Assembly (NCBI GenBank): GCA_902620425.1
Contig: CACNHX010000003.1
Location: 7,199-71,198 of the forward strand
DNA: 64,000 bases
Direction: 5' to 3'
Source: an uncultured Alphaproteobacteria bacterium
GTDB taxonomy: Bacteria; Pseudomonadota; Alphaproteobacteria; HIMB59; GCA-002718135
The notes beneath the pieces are model-generated. The model saw only the letters and a program-made list of their open reading frames with translations, was not told the DNA's origin and made no database searches. Shown here in pieces: positions 52,279 through 63,824 of the stretch. The number at the start of each line of letters is the position of its first letter. The stretch's first letter is position 1. A program made the translations under genes and the position numbers.

Positions 52279-53031
52279 ATGAATAATTACTCTGAAGAAG
52301 AATATAAAATTTTCAGTAGATTATTTATTTTAAAAGAATTTTCTGAAGAAAACCTAAAAAAATTATCAAATATAAAAATTGGTATTGTAGGTATGGGAGG
52401 TATAGGATGTCCTTTAAGTCAATATTTAGTCAACTCTGGAATAAAAGAATTGTTAATAGTAGATGGAGACATTGTTGAAAAAAGTAATCTTAATAGACAA
52501 ATTTTGTTTAATTTAAATGATATTGGAAGAAAAAAGGTCGATGTAGCTAAAAATAAATTACAATTAATCAATACTGAATGTAAAATTCATACTATTGATG
52601 AAAATATTAATTCTTTAAATTTAAATTCTTTAAAAGAATGTTCTATAATTGTTGATGCAACTGATGATTGGTTGAGTTCTAGATTATTAAATGAATATTG
52701 TCTTAAAAACTCAATCAATTTTTTATATTCCTCTGCATTAAGACACGATTTACAAATAATTCTTTTCAATAACTCAAATAAAAATAATCATCTATGTTTA
52801 AATTGTATCTTTCCTAACAAAGATGATGTTGATCTTCCCAGATGTGATGTAGTAGGTATTTCAGGTATTTCTGCAGGGTTAGCAGGTTTGATTGCTGCTC
52901 AAAAAATAATTAATTTCTATTTAAATTTAAAGGATGAAACTAATATAATGACAATTTCTGATGGAAAAAAATTAAGCATTGATAATATTGTTATTAAAAG
53001 TAAACATGATTGTTATTTAAAATCAGTTTAA
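52279..53031 (+). CDS. ThiF/MoeB/HesA family adenylyltransferase
   Basis: GMGGIGCP, DGDIVEKSNLNRQ, VDATD, CLNC, later catalytic-type Cys. Confidence 0.88.
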   Translation: MNNYSEEEYKIFSRLFILKEFSEENLKKLSNIKIGIVGMGGIGCPLSQYLVNSGIKELLIVDGDIVEKSNLNRQILFNLNDIGRKKVDVAKNKLQLINTECKIHTIDENINSLNLNSLKECSIIVDATDDWLSSRLLNEYCLKNSINFLYSSALRHDLQIILFNNSNKNNHLCLNCIFPNKDDVDLPRCDVVGISGISAGLAGLIAAQKIINFYLNLKDETNIMTISDGKKLSIDNIVIKSKHDCYLKSV

Positions 53032-53070
53032 GTTAATTGATAAATACATTAAAAAAGTTTAATTTAAATT

Positions 53071-53577
53071 ATGAGACAAAATTCATTTACCTACGATCAA
53101 TTAATTGATTGTGCAAAAGGTGTTCTTTTTGGAAAAGGGAATGCACAACTTCCAATGCCTCCAATGTTAATGTTTGATAGAATTACTTCAATAAATGAGA
53201 CTGGCGGAGAATTCTCTAAAGGTGAGGTTATTGCAGAACTAGATATTAAAGAAGACTTATGGTTTTTTGAATGTCATTTTAAAGATGATCCGGTAATGCC
53301 AGGTTGTTTAGGTTTAGATGCTATGTGGCAATTACTTGGTTTTTATTTAGGATGGCTTGGCCAACCAGGAAAGGGTAGAGCTTTAGGAGTTGGTGAAGTT
53401 AAATTTACTGGTCAGGTATTACAAAAAGTAAAAAAAGTAACTTACCATATATCTCTTAAAAGGCTTATACTAAGAAAATTGATTTTAGGAGTTGGAGATG
53501 GTATTTTAAAAGCTGACGGTGAAACAATTTATGAAGCTAAGGATATGAAAGTCGGTTTATTTTCACCTGAAAGATAA
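53071..53577 (+). CDS. fabA: 3-hydroxyacyl-ACP dehydratase/isomerase
   Basis: [44 protein letters not shown]. Confidence 0.97.
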   Translation: MRQNSFTYDQLIDCAKGVLFGKGNAQLPMPPMLMFDRITSINETGGEFSKGEVIAELDIKEDLWFFECHFKDDPVMPGCLGLDAMWQLLGFYLGWLGQPGKGRALGVGEVKFTGQVLQKVKKVTYHISLKRLILRKLILGVGDGILKADGETIYEAKDMKVGLFSPER

Positions 53578-53580
53578 GTA

Positions 53581-54798
53581 ATGAATAGAGTAGTAGTAAC
53601 AGGTTTAGGTATAGTATCATGTATTGGTAATAATCAATCAGATGTTATAAACAGTCTTAAAAATTTGAAATCTGGAATAACAAGTGCTGAAGAGTATGAG
53701 GAGTTTTCTTTTAGAAGTCTTGTGCACGGTAAACCAAATATAGATATAAGTAACGAAATTGATAGAAGATTACTAAGGTTTATGGGTGATGGAGCTGCCT
53801 ACAACTATATTGCGATGAAAGATGCTATAGATGACTCAGGACTAGAGGATAGTGATATTTCAAATGAAATGACTGGTATAATTGTTGGTTCAGGCGGTCC
53901 ATCTACACAAAATTTATTTAAATCTTCTGAAATTGGAAAGAATTTGGGTTCAAAAAAAATTGGGCCATTTATGGTACCTAGAGCAATGTCTAGTACAAAT
54001 TCTGCAACTCTTGCGACTCCTTTTAAAATTAAAGGAGTTAACTATTCGATTACTTCAGCATGTTCTACAAGTTCACATTGTATTGGTAATGCATATGAAC
54101 TCATTCAGATGGGAAAACAAAACATTGTTTTTGCTGGAGGAGGTGAAGAGCTCCATTGGACTTTATCAATTTTATTTGATGCAATGGGTGCTTTGTCATC
54201 AAAATATAATTCTACTCCAAACAAATCTTCAAGGGCATATGATGCAGATAGAGATGGGTTTGTAATAGCTGGAGGGGGTGGGACTTTAGTACTTGAAGAA
54301 TTAGAGCATGCAAAAGCTAGAGGTGCTAAAATATATGGTGAAATAACAGGATATGGAGCAACCTCAGATGGATACGATATGGTACAGCCTTCTGGAGAGG
54401 GAGCAGAAAGATGCATGAAGCAAGCATTAAAAAATATTGATGGTAAAATTGATTATATCAATACACATGGAACAAGCACTCCAATAGGAGATGTAAAAGA
54501 ATTGGAAGCAATCAAAAATGTTTTTGCTTCCAATATTCCTAAAATGAGCTCGACAAAATCTTTGACTGGTCATTCTTTAGGGGCAACTGGTGTGCATGAA
54601 GCAATTTATAGTTTATTGATGATGAAAAATAATTTTATTAGTGGTTCTGCTAATATTGAAAATCTTGATGATAGTGCCAAAGATTGTAATATTCTTTTAA
54701 AAACGGAAAATGATGTTGAAATAGACCATGTGATGTCGAATAGTTTTGGTTTTGGCGGTACAAATGCAACATTAGTATTTTCAAAATATCATGCTTAA
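53581..54798 (+). CDS. fabB: Beta-ketoacyl-ACP synthase I
   Basis: [33 protein letters not shown]; fabA-fabB-fabI cluster. Confidence 0.96.
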   Translation: MNRVVVTGLGIVSCIGNNQSDVINSLKNLKSGITSAEEYEEFSFRSLVHGKPNIDISNEIDRRLLRFMGDGAAYNYIAMKDAIDDSGLEDSDISNEMTGIIVGSGGPSTQNLFKSSEIGKNLGSKKIGPFMVPRAMSSTNSATLATPFKIKGVNYSITSACSTSSHCIGNAYELIQMGKQNIVFAGGGEELHWTLSILFDAMGALSSKYNSTPNKSSRAYDADRDGFVIAGGGGTLVLEELEHAKARGAKIYGEITGYGATSDGYDMVQPSGEGAERCMKQALKNIDGKIDYINTHGTSTPIGDVKELEAIKNVFASNIPKMSSTKSLTGHSLGATGVHEAIYSLLMMKNNFISGSANIENLDDSAKDCNILLKTENDVEIDHVMSNSFGFGGTNATLVFSKYHA

Positions 54799-55564
54799 AA
54801 ATAAAAAAGGCTTAGTATTTGGTATTGCAAATAATCATTCAATTGCATGGGGAATAGCAAAACAACTAGCTGAAAATGGTGCTGAAATAGCCATTGGTTA
54901 TCAAAATGAAATATTATTGAAGAGAGTGAAACCGCTTTCTGAAAAAATTAATTCAAAAATATTAATAGAATGTGATTTTAATAATGATGAGTCAATAAAC
55001 AAATCTGTAGAAATTATAAAAAAAGAATGGGGCACAATTGATTTTATAATTCATGCTGTTGCATTTGCAGATAAATCAGAGTTAAATGGCAGATATGTTG
55101 ACACTACAAAGGATAATTTTATTAATTGTTTGGAAATATCATGTTTTTCATTAACTAGTCTTGCAAAAAGTTTTGAACCTATAATGAATAAAGGAGCAAG
55201 TATTCTAACCCTTACTTTTTATGGTGCAAATAAAGTGATACCAAATTACAATTTAATGGGAATTGCAAAAGCCGCTTTGGAAACAAGTGTGAAATACTTA
55301 AGTGTGGATTTAGGCACAAAAAATATTCGTGTTAATGCAATATCAGCAGGACCAATGAGAACAATTGCTGGTGCAGCGATAAATAATGCTAGGGAGGTTT
55401 TTAAATTTACAGAAGAACATTCAGCATTGAAACGAAATGCACATCTAGATGAAATTGGTAAATCTGCTTTATACTTTATTAGTGATTTATCTTCTGCAGT
55501 TACTGGTGAAGTACATTATGTTGATTGTGGTTACAATATTATTGGAATGCCCAATAAGTTCTAA
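54791..55564 (+). CDS. fabI: Enoyl-ACP reductase (NADH)
   Basis: [44 protein letters not shown]. Confidence 0.97.
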   Translation: MLKNKKGLVFGIANNHSIAWGIAKQLAENGAEIAIGYQNEILLKRVKPLSEKINSKILIECDFNNDESINKSVEIIKKEWGTIDFIIHAVAFADKSELNGRYVDTTKDNFINCLEISCFSLTSLAKSFEPIMNKGASILTLTFYGANKVIPNYNLMGIAKAALETSVKYLSVDLGTKNIRVNAISAGPMRTIAGAAINNAREVFKFTEEHSALKRNAHLDEIGKSALYFISDLSSAVTGEVHYVDCGYNIIGMPNKF

Positions 55565-56316
55565 AATTTTCCAAGTAAATCTAAAGGATTATCAACAAAA
55601 ATACTATCTACACCTATGGAGAAAATATCATTAGCGCTAGATAAATTTATATTTTTATCTGAATACACAGTTATTACTATATTGGATTCTTTAATTTTTT
55701 TTATAATATCAGCTGTAACAAGATCTATATTTAATCCACAAATTTTTAAATCGTGATTAATGGATATGTTAATCAAATCATCAATATTATATTCTTTAAA
55801 ATCATCTAATAAAAGACTACGTATAGATTGAGGGTAAAGCTTTGAAATTTCTAAAATAGAAATTATATCAAATGACGAGAAAAAAATATCTATTTGATTA
55901 ATATTTTTTGTAATTTTATATATTTGATAAGCATTTTCTTTTTCAAAATTTTTATTGGGTTTTAATTCGATATTTAAATTACCATTATTATTAACGCAAA
56001 AACTAAGAACATCTTCTAACTTTGGAATAAAAATATTTGTATTTTCTTTATAAAAAAATTTTCCCGCATCAAGTTTTTTTATGTTCTCATAATCATAATC
56101 AATTGCAAGTCCACTTCCATTAGTAGTCCTATCAAGTGTGTCGTCATGTAATAAAATTGGGACTTTATCTTTAGAGATCTTAACATCTATCTCTACAAAA
56201 TTTAAGCCTATTTCAAATGCTCTGGAAATAGATACTAAAGTGTTTTCTGGACACAGATCTTTTACACCTCTGTGTCCAATAAATTTAGGTAATTTAAGAG
56301 TTTTCTTCTGCGTCAA
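55561..56316 (-). CDS. ugpQ: Glycerophosphodiester phosphodiesterase (UgpQ/GlpQ family)
   Basis: IGHRG....[30 protein letters not shown]. Confidence 0.88.
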   Translation of the reverse strand: MTQKKTLKLPKFIGHRGVKDLCPENTLVSISRAFEIGLNFVEIDVKISKDKVPILLHDDTLDRTTNGSGLAIDYDYENIKKLDAGKFFYKENTNIFIPKLEDVLSFCVNNNGNLNIELKPNKNFEKENAYQIYKITKNINQIDIFFSSFDIISILEISKLYPQSIRSLLLDDFKEYNIDDLINISINHDLKICGLNIDLVTADIIKKIKESNIVITVYSDKNINLSSANDIFSIGVDSIFVDNPLDLLGKF

Positions 56317-58387
56317 CTGCTTTCATAGAAAGTTTTATTTTTCCTCTTGAGTCGATATCCAATACTTTTACTTTAACGATATCTCCTTCACTAATAACAT
56401 CTTCAACTTTCTCTACTCTTTCGTTTTTTAATTGACTAATATGAACAAGACCGTCTGTAGATCCCATGAAATTAACAAAAGCACCAAAGTCCATTATCTT
56501 TATAACTTTACCATCATAAATTTTACCGATCTCTGGCTCTTCGACAATACCTTTGATCCATTCTAATGCATCATTGCCAGATTTTTGATCTACAGCTGCA
56601 ATACTTACTAAACCTTCATCATTGATTTCAATTTTAGCTCCAGTTGTTTCAGATATTTCTCTAATAACTGCCCCTCCTTTACCAATAACTTCTCTAATTT
56701 TATCTTTGTTTATTTGTAGGTTAGTTATTGTTGGTGCGTATTGGGAAATCGATTGATTAGGTTTATCAATTGCTTTAGCCATTTCACCAAGTATATGGAA
56801 TCGTCCATCTTTAGCTTGCGCTAATGCTTCTTCCATAATTTCAGCTGTGATACTAGTTATTTTAATATCCATTTGTAATGAGGTTATTCCTTCAGAAGTT
56901 CCTGCAACTTTAAAATCCATATCACCAAGATGATCTTCATCACCAAGTATGTCTGATAATATCACATATTTATCATTCTCTTTAATTAAGCCCATCGCGA
57001 TACCTGCTACTGGTCTTTCTAAAGGCACTCCTGCATCCATTAAAGACATTGAGGTACCACAAACAGTTGCCATAGAACTAGAACCATTTGATTCTGTAAT
57101 TTCAGATACAACTCTATAAGTGTAAGGAAACTTTTCTTTAGAAGGTAACATTGGGTGAATAGCTCTCCAGGCTAATTTTCCATGTCCTATTTCTCTTCTA
57201 CTGGTAGAACCTATTCTTCCAACTTCCCCAACAGAATAAGGTGGAAAATTATAATGCAACATAAAATTCTCTGTATATTCGCCGTCAATTGCATCTATTC
57301 TTTGCTCATCTTGTCCAGTTCCTAAAGTTGAAACTACAAGAGCCTGTGTTTCTCCTCTCGTAAATAATGCAGACCCGTGAGTTCTTTCTAAAACTCCAGT
57401 TTCACACACAATTGGACGGACTGTTTTTGTATCTCTTCCATCAATTCTGTTACCAGTATTAATTAATTCTCCTCTAACTATATCTTTTTCTACATTTTTT
57501 ATTGCATCTGAAACCAATACTGGTGAGAGTGTTTCACTTACAAATTTTTCAGAAATTTCATTTCGTAACGAAGATAATTTTTCTGATCTTTTTTGTTTTT
57601 CAGTTATTTTATAAGCATCTATAAAATTTTTACCAAAGTCTTCGTTGATTTTAGATGGTAGATTTTTAATTTCTTCATCTTTTTCTTTAAGTTCCCAAGG
57701 TTCTTTTGCCGCTTTTTTAGCTAAGGAAATTATTGCTTCAATCACTGTTTTATAATTTTCTTGACCAAGAACTACTGCATCTAGCATTTGTTTTTCTGAA
57801 AGTTCGTGAGCTTCAGACTCGATCATTAATACACCTTCCTTAGTCCCTGCCAATACTAATTCTAGTTTAGAATTTGATAATTGACTCTTACTCGGGTTAA
57901 CAACAAACTCATCGTCAATAAAACCAATCTTAATTGCTCCGAGTGGACCTAAAAATGGCAAACCAGATAAAGTTAATGCGGCACTTGCTGCTACCATTGC
58001 TACAACATCTGAATCATTTTCTTGATCATGTGATAATACTGTACAAGTAACTTGGGTCTCATTTTTAAAATCTTTATGAAATAAAGGTCTAACTGGCCTA
58101 TCAATTAATCGAGAAACTAATGTTTCTTTTTCAGTTGGTCTAGCCTCTCTTTTAAAAAAACCACCAGGTATTTTTCCTACAGAATAATATTTTTCTTGAT
58201 AATTTACTGTTAAGGGAAAAAAATCCATATCAGGATTTGCTTCTTTTGCAGCAACTACATTACACATAACTGTCGTACCACCATAAGTGGCTATAACTGT
58301 TGAGTCAGCTTGTCTTGCTATTTTTCCAGTTTCTAATTTAAGTGTTCTTCCAGCCCATTCAATTTCTACATTTTTCACATCAAACAT
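56294..58387 (-). CDS. pnp: Polyribonucleotide nucleotidyltransferase
   Basis: [49 protein letters not shown] and S1 domains. Confidence 0.99.
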   Translation of the reverse strand: MFDVKNVEIEWAGRTLKLETGKIARQADSTVIATYGGTTVMCNVVAAKEANPDMDFFPLTVNYQEKYYSVGKIPGGFFKREARPTEKETLVSRLIDRPVRPLFHKDFKNETQVTCTVLSHDQENDSDVVAMVAASAALTLSGLPFLGPLGAIKIGFIDDEFVVNPSKSQLSNSKLELVLAGTKEGVLMIESEAHELSEKQMLDAVVLGQENYKTVIEAIISLAKKAAKEPWELKEKDEEIKNLPSKINEDFGKNFIDAYKITEKQKRSEKLSSLRNEISEKFVSETLSPVLVSDAIKNVEKDIVRGELINTGNRIDGRDTKTVRPIVCETGVLERTHGSALFTRGETQALVVSTLGTGQDEQRIDAIDGEYTENFMLHYNFPPYSVGEVGRIGSTSRREIGHGKLAWRAIHPMLPSKEKFPYTYRVVSEITESNGSSSMATVCGTSMSLMDAGVPLERPVAGIAMGLIKENDKYVILSDILGDEDHLGDMDFKVAGTSEGITSLQMDIKITSITAEIMEEALAQAKDGRFHILGEMAKAIDKPNQSISQYAPTITNLQINKDKIREVIGKGGAVIREISETTGAKIEINDEGLVSIAAVDQKSGNDALEWIKGIVEEPEIGKIYDGKVIKIMDFGAFVNFMGSTDGLVHISQLKNERVEKVEDVISEGDIVKVKVLDIDSRGKIKLSMKAVDAEENS

Positions 58388-58409
58388 AATTTTTATTTTT
58401 CCTCTTTTT

Positions 58410-58679
58410 TTAACCTCTAATATTTAATTTTTTTATTAAATCTGAATATTCAGATTTATTTTTTTTAGATAAGTAGTTTAATAATTTTTTTCTTTTATTA
58501 ACTAATGATACTAGTCCTCTTTTTGAATGATTATCTTTACTGTGAGTCTTAAAATGTTCAGTTAAATTTTTTATTCTTTCTGTTAAAACTGCTATCTGAA
58601 CACCTGCTGATCCAGTATCTTTTTCATTTTTAGAAAATTCATTAATAAGATTTTTTTTATTTTCTTTTGTTATCGACAT
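58410..58679 (-). CDS. rpsO: 30S ribosomal protein S15
   Basis: [29 protein letters not shown]. Confidence 0.97.
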   Translation of the reverse strand: MSITKENKKNLINEFSKNEKDTGSAGVQIAVLTERIKNLTEHFKTHSKDNHSKRGLVSLVNKRKKLLNYLSKKNKSEYSDLIKKLNIRG

Positions 58680-58687
58680 CGGTTCTC

Positions 58688-59593
58688 CTATATTAATATT
58701 TTATTTGGTTTAAACAAATTACCATCTAATTTGCCTATTGAGACAATGTCTCCTTTCTTAAATAAAAAAATATTTTTTTTATCTAAGTTTAATGACGAAG
58801 GATTTATAACTTTTCTTTCATCAATTTTAATAGATCTTCCAAAAGATAAATTTTCAATATCTAATTTTTCTTCAATTTCATAAGCCAAGATGTCGTCCAG
58901 CATAGAAATTGTAGTGGAGATACAATTAATTTCATCGTGCGTTTGTCCTATTTTTAGAAGATCGTCCAGTAAAATCGAATTTTTTTCACTGAATTTACCT
59001 ACTTTTGACCTTTTCAATGAAGAAATGTGTCCATATGTTTTAAGATCTATAGCTAAATCACGAGCTAGACTTCTAACATAAAAGCCCTGTCCGCATAAAA
59101 TTTTAAATGACGTTTTGTTTATACTATGACCAGTAATACACAAATCTTTGATAAAAACTTTTTTTGGTTGAATCGTAAATTTTTTATTTTCTCTAAATAA
59201 TTTATAAGCTCTTTTACCATTAATTTTAACTGCCGAAACTTTTGGAGGTATCTGATTTATATAACCAATATAATTTATAATTTTTTTTTCTATTTCTTTT
59301 CTTTTAGGAAGATAATTTGATTCAAATAAAATTTTACCCTCAGCATCATCTGTTGTTGTTTGAGTTCCCCAAGTTACTGTAAATTCATATTCTTTATTTA
59401 TTTTACTAATATATGGAATTAATTTTGTTGCTTTTCCTATAGCAATTGGTAACACACCTTCCGCCATAGGATCTAAAGTACCCGCATGACCAATTTTATT
59501 AACTGAAAATTTTTTTTTTATTGAATTAATTGCTTTAAAAGATGTAATATTTTTGGGTTTGTATAAATTTATCCAACCTTGTTTTGTAATCAT
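58688..59593 (-). CDS. truB: tRNA pseudouridine(55) synthase
   Basis: [42 protein letters not shown]. Confidence 0.97.
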   Translation of the reverse strand: MITKQGWINLYKPKNITSFKAINSIKKKFSVNKIGHAGTLDPMAEGVLPIAIGKATKLIPYISKINKEYEFTVTWGTQTTTDDAEGKILFESNYLPKRKEIEKKIINYIGYINQIPPKVSAVKINGKRAYKLFRENKKFTIQPKKVFIKDLCITGHSINKTSFKILCGQGFYVRSLARDLAIDLKTYGHISSLKRSKVGKFSEKNSILLDDLLKIGQTHDEINCISTTISMLDDILAYEIEEKLDIENLSFGRSIKIDERKVINPSSLNLDKKNIFLFKKGDIVSIGKLDGNLFKPNKILI

Positions 59594-59958
59594 TACTTAA
59601 TATCTCTTAAGACATTTTTATTTAATAAAAGGTTTTCAATTTTTTCTGCCTCGTCAAATGTATCGTCTAAATAAAAAGAGAGTCTTGGAGTAAATTTTGA
59701 ATTAATTTTTGCTTTTGACAGAAATTTTTGAAAAATATATTTTCTATCTTTTAAAACTTCTAAAATTTGTATTTTGTCCTTACCACCAAGAGGCATGAAA
59801 TATACATTTGCTATCTTTAAGTCCTTGGACATTCTAACAAATGAAATTGTGATGGATGAAGAGTTAATATTTTCGTCAAAAAAATCTTCTTTTAATAAAC
59901 AATCACTTAGTAATGACCTTATTAGTTCACCAAATCTAATTTGCCTTTGTGTTTCCAT
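59593..59958 (-). CDS. rbfA: Ribosome-binding factor A
   Basis: RQIRFGELIR, V.MSKDLK.ANV, KFTPRL.FYLD; infB-rbfA-truB synteny. Confidence 0.93.
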   Translation of the reverse strand: METQRQIRFGELIRSLLSDCLLKEDFFDENINSSSITISFVRMSKDLKIANVYFMPLGGKDKIQILEVLKDRKYIFQKFLSKAKINSKFTPRLSFYLDDTFDEAEKIENLLLNKNVLRDIK

Positions 59959-59970
59959 TGTTAAAAAACA

Positions 59971-62211
59971 TTATAACTTTCTACTTGTAGAAACTTCTTC
60001 GAATGTTTCAATTATATCACCTACTTTTATATCACTATAATTATCTAGCATTACACCACACTCAAAACCTGACTTAACCTCGGACACTTCTTCCTTAAAT
60101 CTTTTTAAGCTACTAATTTGTCCTTTATGAATTACGATATTATCTCTAAGAATTCTAATCTGTGATTTTCTAGAAATAAGACCATCCTTAACCATACATC
60201 CTGCAATATTTCCAACATTGGAAATATTAAACACCTCTCTAATTTCTACATTACCAGTTATATTTTCAGAAATATCAGGTTTTAATAAACCAGATAAAAG
60301 ATTTCTTACATCGTCTATAAGCTCATAAATAATTGAATAATATTTAATATCAACACCATCTCTTTTTGCTATATCTCTTGCATGAGGTAATGCTCTAACA
60401 TTAAAACCAACAATAAAGCCTTTTCCAGATCCAGCTAGAGTAACATCACTCTCGGTAATTGCGCCTACTCCTTTATAAATAACATTTACTTTAACCTCAT
60501 CGGTTGAAAGTTTAGTTATTGAATTTTCAATAGCTTCTGCTGAACCTTGAACATCCGTTTTAATTACTACTGGAAGACTTGTTGCTTCACCTTTATTGAT
60601 TTGGGCAAACATTTCTTCAACATTAGATTTAGCCACGGTATTTTTTTGAATTTGTAGTTTACTTGATCTAAATTCTGCAATTTTACGAGCAATACCCTCA
60701 TTTTCAACCACAATGAAGTCATCACCAGCTAATGGATTAGAATCAAATCCAAGAACTTCAACCGGCAAAGATGGTTCAGCTTGTTTTATGTTTTTACCTT
60801 TATCATCAATTAAAGCTTTAACTTTTCCCCACTCAGACCCTGATACAAAAATATCACTTACTTTTAGTGTTCCTTTTTGTACTAAGACTGTTGCAACTGA
60901 ACCTCTACCTTTTTCAAGTTTAGATTCAATTACAGATCCTCTTGCTTTTCTATCAGGGTTAGCTTTGAGATTAAGAATATCTGCTTGTAAATGGATTGCT
61001 TCTTCTAATTTATCTAAATTTGTTCTTTTTATTGCAGATACCTCAATATCTAAAACTTCACCACTTAATTTCTCAACAATTACTTCATGACTTAGTAATT
61101 CATTTCTTACTCTATCAGGATCAGCTCCAGGAAGATCAATTTTGTTTATAGCTACAATTATTGGGACTTCTGCAGATTTTGCATGAGCAATTGATTCAAT
61201 TGTCTGAGGTTTAATTCCATCATCAGCAGCCACTACAAGTATAACTATGTCCGTTGTTTTAGATCCTCTAGCTCTCATATTTGAGAATGCTGCATGACCC
61301 GGAGTGTCAATAAATGTAATTTTTTTGTTATTATTATTGATTTGATAAGCACCAATATGCTGTGTGATTCCGCCAGCCTCACCGGATACTACATTACTTT
61401 CTCTAAAAGCATCAAGCAAAGAAGTTTTACCATGATCAACATGCCCCATTATTGTTACTACTGGAGCTCTTTTAATAAGATTATCTTCTTGGTCTTCAAA
61501 ATCTTTAATATCATTTAATACATCATCATCTTTAACTACAGTCACTTTATGACCTAATTCTTCTGCTACTAGTTGAGCTGTATCAGACTCTAAAGATTGT
61601 GTTGCATTTGCCATAACACCCATTTTCATTAAAACCTTAACTACATCTGCTGTTTTCTCAGCCATTCTGTTCGCTAAATCTTGGACAGTAATAAAATCAG
61701 GAATAGAAACTTCTCTAGAAATTTTTGTATCATCTTCGTCGGTTATTGATTTTAATCTTTCTTTTTCCCTAGCTCTTTTTATTTTAGCTAGACTCGGAAA
61801 TTTATCAAATTCCTGTTCTTCTTGTTCTAATATTTTTTTAGCATCAGATTTACTGAAATCATCTTCAAGTGGTCTAAGAGTTGATTTTTTTTGTTGGTTT
61901 TTTTTATCTACATTTTTTTTATTTTTATTATCAAAGTTTCTAGTTTTATTTGGAGAAGAAAAGTTTGGTTGTGGTGATGAATTTATTCCTAGCCTAGGTG
62001 TTCTTAAGCTAGATGATCCTCTAAAATTAGATTGAGTTGTAGATGAACTTTTCTGTTGATTGTTCTTATTTTTAAAAACAATTTGTATTGTTTTTTTACT
62101 ACCACTATTTCTTGCTTTATCACCAGCCGGACCAAGATTTTTTCTTATTTGAAGTCTCCCTGATGAAGATAGTTTTAATGGTTTTTTTTTATTACCTTTA
62201 TCTTTATCCAA
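59971..62211 (-). CDS. infB: Translation initiation factor IF-2 (TTG start, SD AAGGA)
   Basis: TIMGHVDHGKTSLLD, GGITQHIGAY, DTPGH, NKID, GSAEAI, ECG. Confidence 0.99.
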   Translation of the reverse strand: MDKDKGNKKKPLKLSSSGRLQIRKNLGPAGDKARNSGSKKTIQIVFKNKNNQQKSSSTTQSNFRGSSSLRTPRLGINSSPQPNFSSPNKTRNFDNKNKKNVDKKNQQKKSTLRPLEDDFSKSDAKKILEQEEQEFDKFPSLAKIKRAREKERLKSITDEDDTKISREVSIPDFITVQDLANRMAEKTADVVKVLMKMGVMANATQSLESDTAQLVAEELGHKVTVVKDDDVLNDIKDFEDQEDNLIKRAPVVTIMGHVDHGKTSLLDAFRESNVVSGEAGGITQHIGAYQINNNNKKITFIDTPGHAAFSNMRARGSKTTDIVILVVAADDGIKPQTIESIAHAKSAEVPIIVAINKIDLPGADPDRVRNELLSHEVIVEKLSGEVLDIEVSAIKRTNLDKLEEAIHLQADILNLKANPDRKARGSVIESKLEKGRGSVATVLVQKGTLKVSDIFVSGSEWGKVKALIDDKGKNIKQAEPSLPVEVLGFDSNPLAGDDFIVVENEGIARKIAEFRSSKLQIQKNTVAKSNVEEMFAQINKGEATSLPVVIKTDVQGSAEAIENSITKLSTDEVKVNVIYKGVGAITESDVTLAGSGKGFIVGFNVRALPHARDIAKRDGVDIKYYSIIYELIDDVRNLLSGLLKPDISENITGNVEIREVFNISNVGNIAGCMVKDGLISRKSQIRILRDNIVIHKGQISSLKRFKEEVSEVKSGFECGVMLDNYSDIKVGDIIETFEEVSTSRKL

Positions 62212-62228
62212 TTTTAATCCTTATTTTG

Positions 62229-63752
62229 TTATTCAGACCAGAAACTTCTTGCTTCCATTATCATATTGTTAGCTATTTCTTCATCAAGATCTAATTCCCT
62301 TAAAATACCTTCTTCTTTGTCTATAAGTTCAAATGTAGCTAAATCAGCAAAATCATTTACATTAAGTATATTTGATTTTGCTAATTTTGCTAGGATACTG
62401 TTATTCATGCCCTTCAAATTTTTTAATTTTTCATCACTAATATTTTCATCTATAATTTTTTTATCCGACTCTTCTTTTTCCTGCACAAAGTTTGTTGATC
62501 TATCAATTATTTCTTGAGCTAAAGTAGTATCAAAACCTTCTATTTTTTCTAAGTTATCTAATGTTTCGCTAGCTATAGACTCCACGGTTGTATAACCATC
62601 AGTAACAAGTAGTTGCGCAATGACATCTTCAACATCAAGTGTCTCAGCTAATAAAACACTTTTTTCTTTAAATTCTTGTTGCCTTCTCTCTGATTCTTCA
62701 TCTTCAGTTAATATATCTATTTCCAAACTAGTTAAGTTAGAAGCTAATTTTACATTTTGACCTTTTCTTCCAATTGCTAGACTTAATTGATCATCAGGTA
62801 TTACAACTTCAACTTTATTTTTTTCTTCATACAAAAAAATCTTACTAACTTCAGCAGGCGCAAGAGCATTTGCTAAAAAAGTAGCTTGATTATCTGACCA
62901 TGTAACAATATCTATTTTCTCTCCTTGTAATTCATTTACGACAGCTTGTACCCTTGAACCTCTCATACCAACACAAGCTCCTACTGGATCTATAGTAGAG
63001 TCTTCAGTAAAAACACTAATCTTAGCTCTTGATCCAGGATCTCTTGCAACACTTTTAACAGTAATAACTCCTTCGTATATTTCTGGCACTTCTTGAAAAA
63101 ATAATTTTGATAAAAATTGAGGATGTGTTCTTGATAAAAAAACTTGGTATCCTTTTACATCGTTTTTTACTTCGTAAATATAAGCTCTAACTCTATCTCC
63201 ATTTTTAAATGTTTCTCTTGGAATAAGTTCTTCTCTTTTAATTATGGCTTCACTCTTACCCAAATCTATAATTAAATTTCCAAATTCTGTTCTTTTAACT
63301 ATACCAATTGCTATTTCACCAACTTTATCTTTATATTCTTCAAACTGATTTGATTTATCAGCTTCTCTTACTTTTTGAATTATTACTCCTTTAGCATTTT
63401 GTGCTGCAACTCTTCCTAGTTCAATTGGTGGAAGTTCTTTAATAATGAACTCTCCTAAACTGACATCAGGATTAGTTTTTTTTGCATCTTCTAAAAGAAT
63501 TTGTCTAGATTGAAACTCTTCTTCAATATTTTCCACAACTTCCAAATAAGAATTAAGTTTAATATCCCCTGTGCTTCTATCGATAGATATTCTTATATCA
63601 ATCTCTTGGCCATATTTTACTCTTGCAGCTTTTTCTAATGCTTGTTCCATTGCAGAAAAAACTGAATCTTGATCAATATTTTTTTCTAGCGCTACATTAG
63701 ATGCAACTTGAAGCATCTCTTCTCTGATTACATTATATTTTTTTTTAGCCAT
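62229..63752 (-). CDS. nusA: Transcription termination/antitermination factor NusA
   Basis: GRVAAQNAK, LSRTHP, ARDPGSRAK, GACVGMRGSR, SLAIGRKGQNVKLA, acidic AR domains. Confidence 0.98.
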   Translation of the reverse strand: MAKKKYNVIREEMLQVASNVALEKNIDQDSVFSAMEQALEKAARVKYGQEIDIRISIDRSTGDIKLNSYLEVVENIEEEFQSRQILLEDAKKTNPDVSLGEFIIKELPPIELGRVAAQNAKGVIIQKVREADKSNQFEEYKDKVGEIAIGIVKRTEFGNLIIDLGKSEAIIKREELIPRETFKNGDRVRAYIYEVKNDVKGYQVFLSRTHPQFLSKLFFQEVPEIYEGVITVKSVARDPGSRAKISVFTEDSTIDPVGACVGMRGSRVQAVVNELQGEKIDIVTWSDNQATFLANALAPAEVSKIFLYEEKNKVEVVIPDDQLSLAIGRKGQNVKLASNLTSLEIDILTEDEESERRQQEFKEKSVLLAETLDVEDVIAQLLVTDGYTTVESIASETLDNLEKIEGFDTTLAQEIIDRSTNFVQEKEESDKKIIDENISDEKLKNLKGMNNSILAKLAKSNILNVNDFADLATFELIDKEEGILRELDLDEEIANNMIMEARSFWSE

Positions 63753-63758
63753 AGTTAT

Positions 63759-63784
63759 AAAAAAAAGGTGGGAAAACCCACCTT
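63759..63784 (-). terminator. Intrinsic terminator/attenuator hairpin immediately upstream of nusA
   Basis: Minus strand AAGGUGGG-UUUU-CCCACC-U8; only 6 nt separate the U tract from the nusA AUG. Confidence 0.8.
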
Positions 63785-63824
63785 AATATTATTGCGTATA
63801 TTAATATTTTATAAAATTTCAAGC

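Noticed and set aside
61860-62211. Low-complexity Lys/Asn/Ser-rich repeats in the infB N-terminus and poly-A/T runs throughout
   Set aside because: Normal variable IF-2 N-domain and AT-bias artefacts; no regular repeat-spacer (CRISPR) periodicity.
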